From Candidatus Nealsonbacteria bacterium (lineage in GTDB: Bacteria > Patescibacteriota > Minisyncoccia > Minisyncoccales > JANBVM01), in the NCBI GenBank assembly GCA_047456295.1, contig CP179887.1, positions 111,159-175,158 of the forward strand: 64,000 nt of DNA. The letters run 5' to 3'. Within the stretch, counting starts at the first letter, position 1. Each line of letters begins with the position of its first letter. The translations under genes were made by a program, and so were the position numbers. Shown piece after piece: positions 1 to 7,740 of this stretch. Below the pieces are notes generated by a model, which made no database searches, was not told where the DNA came from, and was given only the letters and a program-made list of their open reading frames with translations.

Positions 1-196
1 TGTTCTCTGGGTTTTTTTCAAAAGTAATCACCACAACGGGCTTTTTCATCCCATTGCTGCGTTTCTGGTAGAAAATATGGGTATTAGTAGTTCCGAATTT
101 TTCAGATATTTTTTTCCAGAAATTTCTGATGTCAACATTTTCTATTTGTTGATGTTTTTTTGCTGTATCAACACGGCCTCTCCGGTATCTTTCCAT
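1..196 (-). CDS. hypothetical protein, N-terminal part only (runs off window start)
   Basis: ATG at 196-194 lies 8 nt downstream of a strong SD, AAGGAGGTG (rc of 205-213). The frame stays open to the window edge (MERYRRGRVDTAKKHQQIENVDIRNFWKK...). It is absent from the ORF track because no stop lies in the window. Confidence 0.4.
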   Translation of the reverse strand, partial: MERYRRGRVDTAKKHQQIENVDIRNFWKKISEKFGTTNTHIFYQKRSNGMKKPVVVITFEKNPEN

Positions 197-285
197 CGCT
201 TCTACACCTCCTTGTTTGAGGTGTTTTGTCTCGATTTGATTTTCATGTCTTTCCTTCAAACTAATTCCTTTTGGAATTAGTTTTC

Positions 286-419
286 TATTAGTAAAGAAGA
301 ACTTTACTAATATTTTCTTTGCTCCAAAATCAACTTTGTTGGTTAATTCCAATTAATTTCAACTCTTCTGAGTGAGTAAAATAGCTACCAGGAAATTCTG
401 ATAAACATTTTACTCACTC
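286..419. repeat. two perfect inverted repeats in the intergenic region upstream of the partial gene
   Basis: An 11-bp stem pairs 286-296 with 302-312 (TATTAGTAAAG/CTTTACTAATA). A 13-bp inverted repeat, GAGTGAGTAAAAT (370-382) / ATTTTACTCACTC (407-419), has a 24-nt spacer. Confidence 0.6.
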
Positions 420-547
420 AAAAACTATTTCCTTCCTTTTTCATTTTAAAGAACTTTCAATATTTATATTATATCATATCTACTAAATTTGTCAAACTAA
501 AGATTTACGAGACCGGGCCTCGTAGAGAATTTAAGAATAGCTTAGGT

Positions 548-2521
548 TTAAAACTCAATTTTATATACTTTCAAACTATTCAAAAGATAGATTATTTTTC
601 CATTTTCAGAAACGCCAAAATCTAATAAATTGTCGAACTTCTCACTTTGGAATTGTTTAATTATATTGCCAGATTTATCCAAAATAACGATTCTTTTTTG
701 AACAGGCTCTAAAATATAAAGGTAAGGCAGGATGGGGGAGGTGAAGATTTTTGAAAAATCCTTGGGAGAAGGAAAAATTTCAAGCCCAATCTCTTTTTCA
801 AATATACCCTCATAATATTTATAAATTGAATTTTCCTTTAAAATCCAGATTGCAGTATCAATGGCAAAAGAGTCAGCTCCCATAACCTTTGTGGTTTTGG
901 AATCTAGCCATAACCGGGGAGAATCCCATTTTAAATTTCTAAGGAAAGGATACTTTATTATCTGACCCTCCTTTTTATCAAGAAAATATATGTTTTTTCT
1001 AAAAGAAGAAAAATCATTGGAATTAAAATCTGGATAAGGGATCTCTAAAGAAGGGTGAGTAAGTTTATTATTCTTTAAAATAATTAATTGTTCTGGTTTT
1101 GAGAAAAAAGAAATTGAATCATCAAGAGATGCAGCAAAATCAATTTCTTGTTCGGTCTCAATAATATTTTTCTCTCCATTTTCTTTTAACTGGAATATAT
1201 TTTTTGAATAAGGATTAAAGAAATAAAGATTTTCATTAAAAACCAAAAACTTAAGTGGGACAAATGTTTTTCTTTCAAATTCAAATAATACCTGGGGGTT
1301 CTCAATTCGTTCTAATTTGTTTAACTCAGCTAGTTTTTCTGAGATGTCATCTTTTAATGTTGAAACTTGATAATTCAAGGTCTCTGGTAAACCCATTACC
1401 TTTTTAGACAAAGAAGAAATCTCTTCCCAGCTTTCCTTTAACAACAGGTTTGCTTTTTGAATAGCTTCAGGACTTGCTTCTTTTAAAATTAATAAACTGT
1501 CTGCCAGGATCAATTTTTGTCTTATTTCTGCTAAATCTTTATTATATATTTTAATATTCCTCTCTTGTTCAAACCGAGATAGAAAGAAACCCAGAGAAAG
1601 AAGGATGACCAATACAAAAATCAAAGACAGATTTTTATTTAAGAGAAAAGCTTTTATCTTTTTCCTGGAAGAACTTAATTTAGTCTTAGGGACTATAATT
1701 TGAGGAAGCATTAACTTGGCTTTTAAGCCAAGAGGAGGAAAAGTACTTTTTCTGATTTTTTTAAAAAGGTTTAAAAAGGGACTGAAAGCTTCTTTTAAAG
1801 AAAACTTTTTTAATAATTTAGGTGAAACGGTTTCTTTTTTTCCCAAAAAGACTTCTTTTGTTAAAAGTACTGCCATAAAAACCCCTGATATCTCAAACAA
1901 CAATTCTTCTTTTTTATTTAAGATTTCTTTTAATCCTTTTTCAGTAAGGGGAGTTAATTGAGCAATCTCATTTAACATGTCTTGTTTTTGAAAGAAATCA
2001 AAGATATCTTCGGTCAAAACTAAGATTACGTCATTTTCAGTTAGTTTACCTGAAACCGTATTAATGAATATTTTTAAAGGGTAAGGTTCTATGTCTTGGA
2101 GTGTTATTTTTTTATCAATATCAATTATCTTGCCTCCTCTTAAAACCAATATTTTTATATTTCCCACTTTGGTAAAATTTAATTTAAAATCCTTAAGAGA
2201 AAGTATGGTAAAGCTTATATTTCCCAGCCAGCTGACGTCACCTTTTTGGGTGATTCCTTCTAAAAACTCATTTGCTGTTTTTAAGGTTGCTTTCAGTGAT
2301 TTTTCAGGAGTGCCTGTTGTTGAACGGTAATATTTATCCTTCACAACCTTTACCAGTTTTTCTATGAAGTGGGTATTCTGAGGCAGTACGTTTTTTAAAA
2401 ATCCCACTATATACAGACTTCCCATTCTTTTTTCGTAAAGATTTTCCGGCTCATAACAAAAACTGTCAAAAACCAGGTTTGACTTTATTTTGGGATTAAA
2501 ATGGAACTCAAAAACCTTCAT
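548..2521 (-). CDS. hypothetical membrane protein (657 aa)
   Basis: Long ORF with one central hydrophobic helix (LSLIFVLVILLSLGFFLS). No catalytic motif recognised. Confidence 0.6.
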   Translation of the reverse strand: MKVFEFHFNPKIKSNLVFDSFCYEPENLYEKRMGSLYIVGFLKNVLPQNTHFIEKLVKVVKDKYYRSTTGTPEKSLKATLKTANEFLEGITQKGDVSWLGNISFTILSLKDFKLNFTKVGNIKILVLRGGKIIDIDKKITLQDIEPYPLKIFINTVSGKLTENDVILVLTEDIFDFFQKQDMLNEIAQLTPLTEKGLKEILNKKEELLFEISGVFMAVLLTKEVFLGKKETVSPKLLKKFSLKEAFSPFLNLFKKIRKSTFPPLGLKAKLMLPQIIVPKTKLSSSRKKIKAFLLNKNLSLIFVLVILLSLGFFLSRFEQERNIKIYNKDLAEIRQKLILADSLLILKEASPEAIQKANLLLKESWEEISSLSKKVMGLPETLNYQVSTLKDDISEKLAELNKLERIENPQVLFEFERKTFVPLKFLVFNENLYFFNPYSKNIFQLKENGEKNIIETEQEIDFAASLDDSISFFSKPEQLIILKNNKLTHPSLEIPYPDFNSNDFSSFRKNIYFLDKKEGQIIKYPFLRNLKWDSPRLWLDSKTTKVMGADSFAIDTAIWILKENSIYKYYEGIFEKEIGLEIFPSPKDFSKIFTSPILPYLYILEPVQKRIVILDKSGNIIKQFQSEKFDNLLDFGVSENGKIIYLLNSLKVYKIEF

Positions 2522-2609
2522 AATAAGGTATTTTACTTTTTATTTTGATTGTTGTAAAATGAATAAAGTTACCTTAAAAATTAATTTAAATAATGAAGGA
2601 TGATTTAAT

Positions 2610-3092
2610 ATGGAAGGAATTGATATTAAACAAATAGGTTTTGATTTTGACGGCGTCATCGTAAAACTACCATACCCATTACAGAGAATATCAAATAGGT
2701 TACCTTGGTGGCTTTCTGGAGCATTGAACTTTTTGATAGGTCAGCCAGACGAAGAAATCTTAGGAATTGTAAGAAAACTAAAAGAAAAAGGTTATAAAAT
2801 AATTATCATTACCTCAAGACCAAATTTTTTAAAGAGGCGGTTGAGAGAATTCTTTGAGAAAAGTTTAAATAGTTTAAATTATGATAAAACTCCGTGTCTG
2901 GAGATAATTTGTACAGGACCCATAAAAAGAAAATTAAAGAAACTAAAAGTCATGAAGGAAAAAGGTATTCAGTTTCTTATAGATGATGACGGAGGTTGTA
3001 GATTTTTTCTAAAAAGGAATTCAGTTTTAGCCTTTTCCCCTGAGAGTTTTAATAGACTGTTATTGAAAAATCTAGGCCTAGAAGGCAGTTAA
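2610..3092 (+). CDS. HAD-superfamily hydrolase-like protein
   Basis: Motif I FDFDGV, motif II IIITSRP, and a C-terminal acidic motif LIDDDG. Confidence 0.55.
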   Translation: MEGIDIKQIGFDFDGVIVKLPYPLQRISNRLPWWLSGALNFLIGQPDEEILGIVRKLKEKGYKIIIITSRPNFLKRRLREFFEKSLNSLNYDKTPCLEIICTGPIKRKLKKLKVMKEKGIQFLIDDDGGCRFFLKRNSVLAFSPESFNRLLLKNLGLEGS

Positions 3093-3114
3093 AAGAATAC
3101 TGCCCTCTTTTTTT
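3084..3114 (+). terminator. Rho-independent terminator
   Basis: GGCAGT (3084-3089) pairs with ACTGCC (3099-3104), followed by CTCTTTTTTT. Confidence 0.55.
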
Positions 3115-3155
3115 ACTATTTATACAAAATTTGCTAAATTGAAGAAATAATATTC

Positions 3156-3228
3156 GGGCTCGTAGCTCAGGGGTTAGAGCGTACGGTTCACATCCGTAAG
3201 GTCATAGGTTCAATTCCTGTCGAGCCCA
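3156..3228 (+). tRNA. tRNA-Val (anticodon CAC)
   Basis: Hand-folded 73-nt cloverleaf. Acceptor GGGCTCG/CGAGCCC, anticodon stem TACGG/CCGTA, loop TTCACAT, T-loop TTCAATT. No encoded CCA. Confidence 0.9.
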
Positions 3229-3296
3229 CAAGATTTCACATATCCAGACACCTTTTTTATTTACAAAATATCTAAAAAATGAGATTATAAAAGAAG

Positions 3297-3629
3297 ATGA
3301 AGAAAAAAGCTTTTATTGAGGAAGAATTGTACAAAAAAGCTTCTATCAATGACTTGATTCTTTTTGGAATTTATTCTGTAACCACTGGTGCTAAAAAATG
3401 TCAGTTTGAAACACTGGTACATCAATGTTTCAGATTATTTCCCAAAGTCTTTGCCCTTTCTGATTACCCTAAATGGCCAGACAGCCGCAAATTAGACCGT
3501 CCCCTCAGGACCTTAAGAAATAAAAGACTAATCACGGGGAATCCAAAAACCTCTTTTTCTTTAACAAAAAGGGGCAAGAAAAAAGCTTTGGAGATTGCCA
3601 ATGTTTTCAGACAGGGAAAATTGTTATAA
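3297..3629 (+). CDS. hypothetical protein (110 aa), basic C-terminus
   Basis: ORF in the same orientation as its neighbours. No motif recognised. Confidence 0.45.
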   Translation: MKKKAFIEEELYKKASINDLILFGIYSVTTGAKKCQFETLVHQCFRLFPKVFALSDYPKWPDSRKLDRPLRTLRNKRLITGNPKTSFSLTKRGKKKALEIANVFRQGKLL

Positions 3630-3689
3630 AATACTAAATAAAAATGTTTAAAAGGTCGGTAACTAAAATAAGTTTTTTCAAAACAAGAA

Positions 3690-3812
3690 ATGGGATCGTA
3701 TATCGTTAATGTTTTTGAAGCATTAGTATTCGGAATAACAGTACTCTTTTTTGTCGGTGCTTTAATCCTAGGTCTACTTTTCACCATTATTAAGGGTTTA
3801 CGTGGTTTCTAA
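3690..3812 (+). CDS. possible small membrane protein (40 aa)
   Basis: ATG 3690 to TAA 3810-3812. MGSYIVNVFEALVFGITVLFFVGALILGLLFTIIKGLRGF is almost entirely one or two hydrophobic helices. Below the ORF-track size cutoff. Confidence 0.3.
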   Translation: MGSYIVNVFEALVFGITVLFFVGALILGLLFTIIKGLRGF

Positions 3813-3858
3813 ATACTGATTTTTGAATTTACGGCTTGCTTTAGAAACAAAATCATAT

Positions 3859-4140
3859 ATGGAAAAGAAAACCAGAGCCCATATTTTTGTTTCGGGCCGT
3901 GTCCAGGGTGTATATTTTAGGGAAAACACCCGCAAAAAAGCTGAACAGCTGGATGTTTCAGGCTGGATTAAAAATCTATCAGATGGCCGGGTGGAAGCTG
4001 TGTTTGAAGGAGAGGAAGATAAGATAGAAAAGATAGTAGCTTGGATCAAGAAAGGTCCAATTTTCGCTAAGATCATTGATTTGAAGATTGAGTGGCAGGA
4101 ATACAAAGGGGAATTCAAAGGTTTTGATATTAGATTTTAG
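3859..4140 (+). CDS. acyP: acylphosphatase
   Basis: VSGRVQGVYFR and GWIKNLSDGRVEAVFEG motifs, with the typical ~90 aa size. Internal ATG at 3859 preferred over the track start at 3823. Confidence 0.85.
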   Translation: MEKKTRAHIFVSGRVQGVYFRENTRKKAEQLDVSGWIKNLSDGRVEAVFEGEEDKIEKIVAWIKKGPIFAKIIDLKIEWQEYKGEFKGFDIRF

Positions 4141-4227
4141 TGAAATGGCTAGAATAACTCCTAAAATTACAAAATTAGTTAAGTCTTATCTTTCTAAAGG
4201 TCTTAATTATAAATTATTTAATCTATT

Positions 4228-5431
4228 ATGAGCAAATTTTTAAAAACAACAGTAATGGCCCCTCCACGGTCGGGAAAATCGGGAAAATTCCTGGTTACTT
4301 CCGAGTCGGTAACGGAGGGGCATCCCTGACAAAGTCTGTGATCAAATAGCAGATTCTATTTTAGACAATCTTATAAAAAAAGATAAATATTCCAGGGTAG
4401 CCTGTGAAGTAATGACAGGAATGGGTTATGTAATAGTAGGAGGAGAAATTACAACCCGTAGCTGGATAGACGTTTCTCAGATTGCCAGGGATGTGATGGG
4501 AGATATAGGTTATACAAAGCCTGAATATGGAGTTGATTCTCATACCCTGGCTGTTTTTAATACAGTTCATTCCCAGTCACCGGATATTGCAAGAGGAGTG
4601 AAGAAAGCAGGGACCCAAAAACAAGGAGCAGGAGACCAGGGATTTGTAGTTGGTTATGCTTGCAATGAAACCCCTGAATTAATGCCTTTGCCAATAATGT
4701 TGGCTCACAAATTAGTTAGAAGATTAGCTCAAGTTCGGAAAAAGAAAATTATACCTTATTTGAGGCCTGACGGTAAAAGTCAGGTAAGCGTTGAATATAG
4801 AAACGGGATTGCTAAAAGATTAAATAACGTGGTGATTGCAGCCCAGCATGACCCTGATGTTTCTTTAAAAAAGATTAAACAGGATATCAAAAAACACGTA
4901 ATTAGACCTGTTTGCCAGAGGTTTTTGGATAGAAGAACGAGATATTATATAAATAATACAGGTCGATTTGTTATTGGAGGACCTGTGGCTGACACAGGGG
5001 CTACCGGGAGAAAAACAGTTGTTGATTCTTATGGAGGAGTAGTTCCTATCGGAGGTGGTAGTTTTTCAGGCAAGGACCCGACTAAAGTTGATAGGTCAGG
5101 TGCTTATATGTCTCGCTATATTGCAAAGAATATTGTAGCTGCAGGTCTGGCAGAAAAATGTGAAGTTCAAATAGGTTATGTAATAGGGGGAGTAGAACCT
5201 TTGTCCTTAAAAATAGAAACTTTTGGAACGGGAAAAGTTTCTAATGAAAAATTGGTAAAAGTAGTTCCTAGGGTTTTTGAGTTAAACCCGGGAGGAATTA
5301 TTAAACAGCTTAAACTTTTAAGACCTATTTACCGCAATACAGCAGCTTACGGACATTTTGGGAGAGAAGAACCGGGTTTTACTTGGGAAAAAATAGATAG
5401 AGTAAAACAACTCTTGAAATTATTCCCTTAA
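4228..5431 (+). CDS. metK: S-adenosylmethionine synthetase, reading frame interrupted by a +1 shift at 4324-4330
   Basis: Frame 1 (4228-4329) encodes ...[13 protein letters not shown] then stops. Frame 2 from 4328 continues [13 protein letters not shown]...GGEITT...QSPDIARGV...GAGDQG...YGHFGR. Joined, the two give a complete MetK. Confidence 0.85.
4314..4330 (+). other. candidate +1 frameshift site (or single-base insertion)
   Basis: GGAGGGG CAT CCC TGA C. A +1 slip of the P-site Pro-tRNA from CCC to CCT restores GHP-DK. Confidence 0.4.
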
Positions 5432-5454
5432 AATGGTTCATCTGAGCAAAACCC

Positions 5455-5760
5455 ATGACAAGGTTAATCAAAAAAACATTTAAGCTATTTAAGAAAGTAG
5501 TTAAAAGATTGTTTGGTTTAGTTGAACTTTTCTTATTCTTAAGATTATTGCTTAAATTCTTAAATGCCAATCCAAAAGCTATTGTGATTAGTTTTATTTA
5601 TAAATATAGCGATGTTTTAATTTCTCCTTTCAATTTTATTTTTCCAAATATCTACTATAACAATAAGGTTATTGAAACAGCTACCATTTCAGCAATGATA
5701 GGTTATGCTATTTTGGTTTTTGTCTTTTTTAAACTCCTATATCTTTTTTCCAGAGATTAA
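5455..5760 (+). CDS. YggT-family-like small membrane protein
   Basis: 101 aa with two hydrophobic segments. The pattern LLKFLNANP...ISPFNFIFP resembles YGGT repeat proteins. Confidence 0.45.
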   Translation: MTRLIKKTFKLFKKVVKRLFGLVELFLFLRLLLKFLNANPKAIVISFIYKYSDVLISPFNFIFPNIYYNNKVIETATISAMIGYAILVFVFFKLLYLFSRD

Positions 5761-5785
5761 AGCATTAAAATACATCTAATGAAAA

Positions 5786-7264
5786 ATGGCAAAACTACAT
5801 AATGATTTAATAAATAAAGAGTTCTGGTATAGAGATATTACCCTCATTCCCAATAGACTACCTGATTTTGAGAGAGATGAGGTTGATTTAACTACTCATT
5901 TTACTAAAAAAATAATTCTCAAAGCTCCCTTTGTTTCCTCGCCAATGGATACGGTTACAGGCTCTGACATGGCAATATTAATGGCTCTATATGGTGGAAT
6001 GGGAGTAATTCACTATAATTTTCAAACTATTGATGAACAGATTAAAGAGGTTGAAACAGTTAAAAGATTTGAAGCAGGATTTGTTTACAATCCCATAGTC
6101 TTATCTCCTAAAAATACCATTAAGGATGTTTATGATATTAACGATAAATATGGTTTTTTTAGTGTTCCCATAACAGAAGACGGAACCTTAAACTCAAGAT
6201 TGGTAGGAATTGTCACCCATAGAGATGTGAGATTCAGAAGTGATATGAAGACGAAACTAAAAGAGGTGATGACCCCAAGAAATAAGCTGAAAGCTGCTTC
6301 GAAAAAGGAGACCGTAGATAAAAATGATTTAAATGAAGCTAATAAGATAATAAAGAAATATAATGTTGATACATTAGTGATTGTTGATGAAAAAGATAAG
6401 GTTGTAGCTTTAGTTACAGATAGTGATTTAAGAAAAAATAAACAGTTTCCCTTGGCAACAAAGACCGAAAATAAACAATTAATAACATTCATTGCTGTGG
6501 AATCAAGGTTAAAATCAGCTAGAGAGAGAATTGCCAAAGGTGTTGATGCTGGAGTCGATGGAATTGTTATTGATGCCAGTATTGTTTTTAAAGAACAGAT
6601 TGAGATTGCTAAATGGACAAAGGAGAATTTTCCTCAGCTGGAAGTAGTTCTGGGAAATATTGATTCATCTGAAATGGTAAGAGAGATAGTTAAAAAAGCT
6701 TTTCAGTATTGTGATGGTTTAAAAGTGGGGATAGGGCCTGGAGCTGCCTGTATTACCCAACAGGAGCTTGGAACAGGCAGGGCTCAGGCTTCAGCAGTAT
6801 GGGATTGTGCCCAGGAAACGAAAAGACTGGAAAGAGAATATGGTTTTATGCCAATAATTGCTGATGGCGGCATTAAGGTTGATGACATTACTAAGCCAGG
6901 AGACATAACAAAAGCATTGGCTTTGGGTGCTCAAACCTGCATGATGGGTTCTTTGTTTGCTGGTCTTGATGAGTCGCCAGGAGAGACAGAGTTTGATTAT
7001 AAAGAAAATAGAATGGTTAAAAAGTATCGAGGAATGGGGTCTTTGGAAGCAATGGAAAAGAGGTCAGCTGCAAGATATGCGGTTGATAAGGTTAAAATAA
7101 GAATTCCAGAAGGTAGGGTGGTGAAAGTACCTTATCGGGGCTCAGGTCATGATTTTTTACCCAAACTCATAAGTGGAGTGAAACAAGGTTTTCAGAAGCA
7201 AGGATTTGAAAATATTGCTCAGCTCCAAGAATTTGGTGATATCCGTCCTTTATCAAAGCGATAA
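5786..7264 (+). CDS. guaB: IMP dehydrogenase (with CBS pair)
   Basis: PFVSSPMDTVT, GMGVIH, active-site loop GIGPGAACITQ, GGIK and MMGSLFAG. The inserted region at about aa 95-215 is consistent with CBS domains. Confidence 0.85.
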   Translation: MAKLHNDLINKEFWYRDITLIPNRLPDFERDEVDLTTHFTKKIILKAPFVSSPMDTVTGSDMAILMALYGGMGVIHYNFQTIDEQIKEVETVKRFEAGFVYNPIVLSPKNTIKDVYDINDKYGFFSVPITEDGTLNSRLVGIVTHRDVRFRSDMKTKLKEVMTPRNKLKAASKKETVDKNDLNEANKIIKKYNVDTLVIVDEKDKVVALVTDSDLRKNKQFPLATKTENKQLITFIAVESRLKSARERIAKGVDAGVDGIVIDASIVFKEQIEIAKWTKENFPQLEVVLGNIDSSEMVREIVKKAFQYCDGLKVGIGPGAACITQQELGTGRAQASAVWDCAQETKRLEREYGFMPIIADGGIKVDDITKPGDITKALALGAQTCMMGSLFAGLDESPGETEFDYKENRMVKKYRGMGSLEAMEKRSAARYAVDKVKIRIPEGRVVKVPYRGSGHDFLPKLISGVKQGFQKQGFENIAQLQEFGDIRPLSKR

Positions 7265-7467
7265 ACCATTCTTCAATTCTTAAAAAAATTAGAATAAAAA
7301 AGAAAGAAATATTAAAGATATAAGGTTGCCAAACAATATTTAAAACGGCTTAATAAAAGTACTTTTAAACAATTAAATTTGGGTTAAAAGATAAGATAAA
7401 ATCGCCAAAGAGGCAATTTTTTAGTAGAATAAAATAAGGTCATAAGAAATAAGAAGAAGATTAACAT

Positions 7468-7698
7468 ATGAATTCAAAAAGATTAGAAGCATTTTTTGAG
7501 TTTTTAATCTTCGCAATCCTTATTGGGATAATCGAAGACTTGATTGCCATTAAGCTGGTAACTGGAGAACCAATAACACCAAGGATAATCGGCATCATAG
7601 TTTTAGTAGCTGTTCCTTTTGCTATAGTTGGAGAAATAATAGCTTATAAGATAGATTTTGTTAAGTTATCCAGAAATTTTTTCAGGAAAGATAAATAA
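7468..7698 (+). CDS. small membrane protein (76 aa)
   Basis: Two hydrophobic helices, preceded by a promoter-like TAGAAT element. Confidence 0.4.
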   Translation: MNSKRLEAFFEFLIFAILIGIIEDLIAIKLVTGEPITPRIIGIIVLVAVPFAIVGEIIAYKIDFVKLSRNFFRKDK

Positions 7699-7740
7699 TT
7701 TTTTCAAGTCTATATTTGAGCTCAAAAAAGATTTGCTAAC

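Noticed and set aside
77-280. 67-aa + strand ORF from the track.
   Set aside because: The translation is low-complexity and Phe/Cys-rich, typical of an antisense shadow. The opposite strand carries an ORF with a strong AAGGAGGTG SD and ATG at 196, which explains the open frame.
1716-2330. Two + strand ORFs (81 aa and 79 aa) inside the 657-aa minus-strand gene.
   Set aside because: They are antisense shadow ORFs within a long, well-supported CDS. They have no start context and a biased amino-acid composition.
3464-4118. Minus-strand ORFs 3464-3787 and 3798-4118.
   Set aside because: They overlap the + strand hypothetical gene and the clear acylphosphatase gene. They carry no motifs and are antisense shadows.
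4141-4227. Possible SAM riboswitch upstream of metK.
   Set aside because: The 87-nt leader is almost pure A/T with no GC-rich helices or conserved SAM-I, SAM-II or SAM-V-like cores visible.
4324-4329. UGA read as a sense codon (genetic code 25 or 4) to explain the in-frame TGA in metK.
   Set aside because: Reading through in frame gives GHP-x-QSL followed by another TGA, which is not MetK sequence. The conserved protein continues only in the +1 frame. Many well-defined genes here end naturally on TGA, for example 20055-20057 and 13843-13845.
6130-6537. 135-aa minus-strand ORF inside guaB.
   Set aside because: Antisense to a strongly supported IMPDH gene. The same reasoning applies to the other listed antisense ORFs inside large genes: 12180-12873, 15215-15670, 17900-19867, 21407-23013, 23398-23796, 24540-26327, 27772-29022, 31614-32420, 34768-35009, 36272-36520, 37689-38261, 39719-39925, 41375-42619, 43106-43354, 46728-46925, 47380-47574, 49156-49743, 51172-52106, 53191-53427, 55558-55897, 56591-56791 and 59109-59321.
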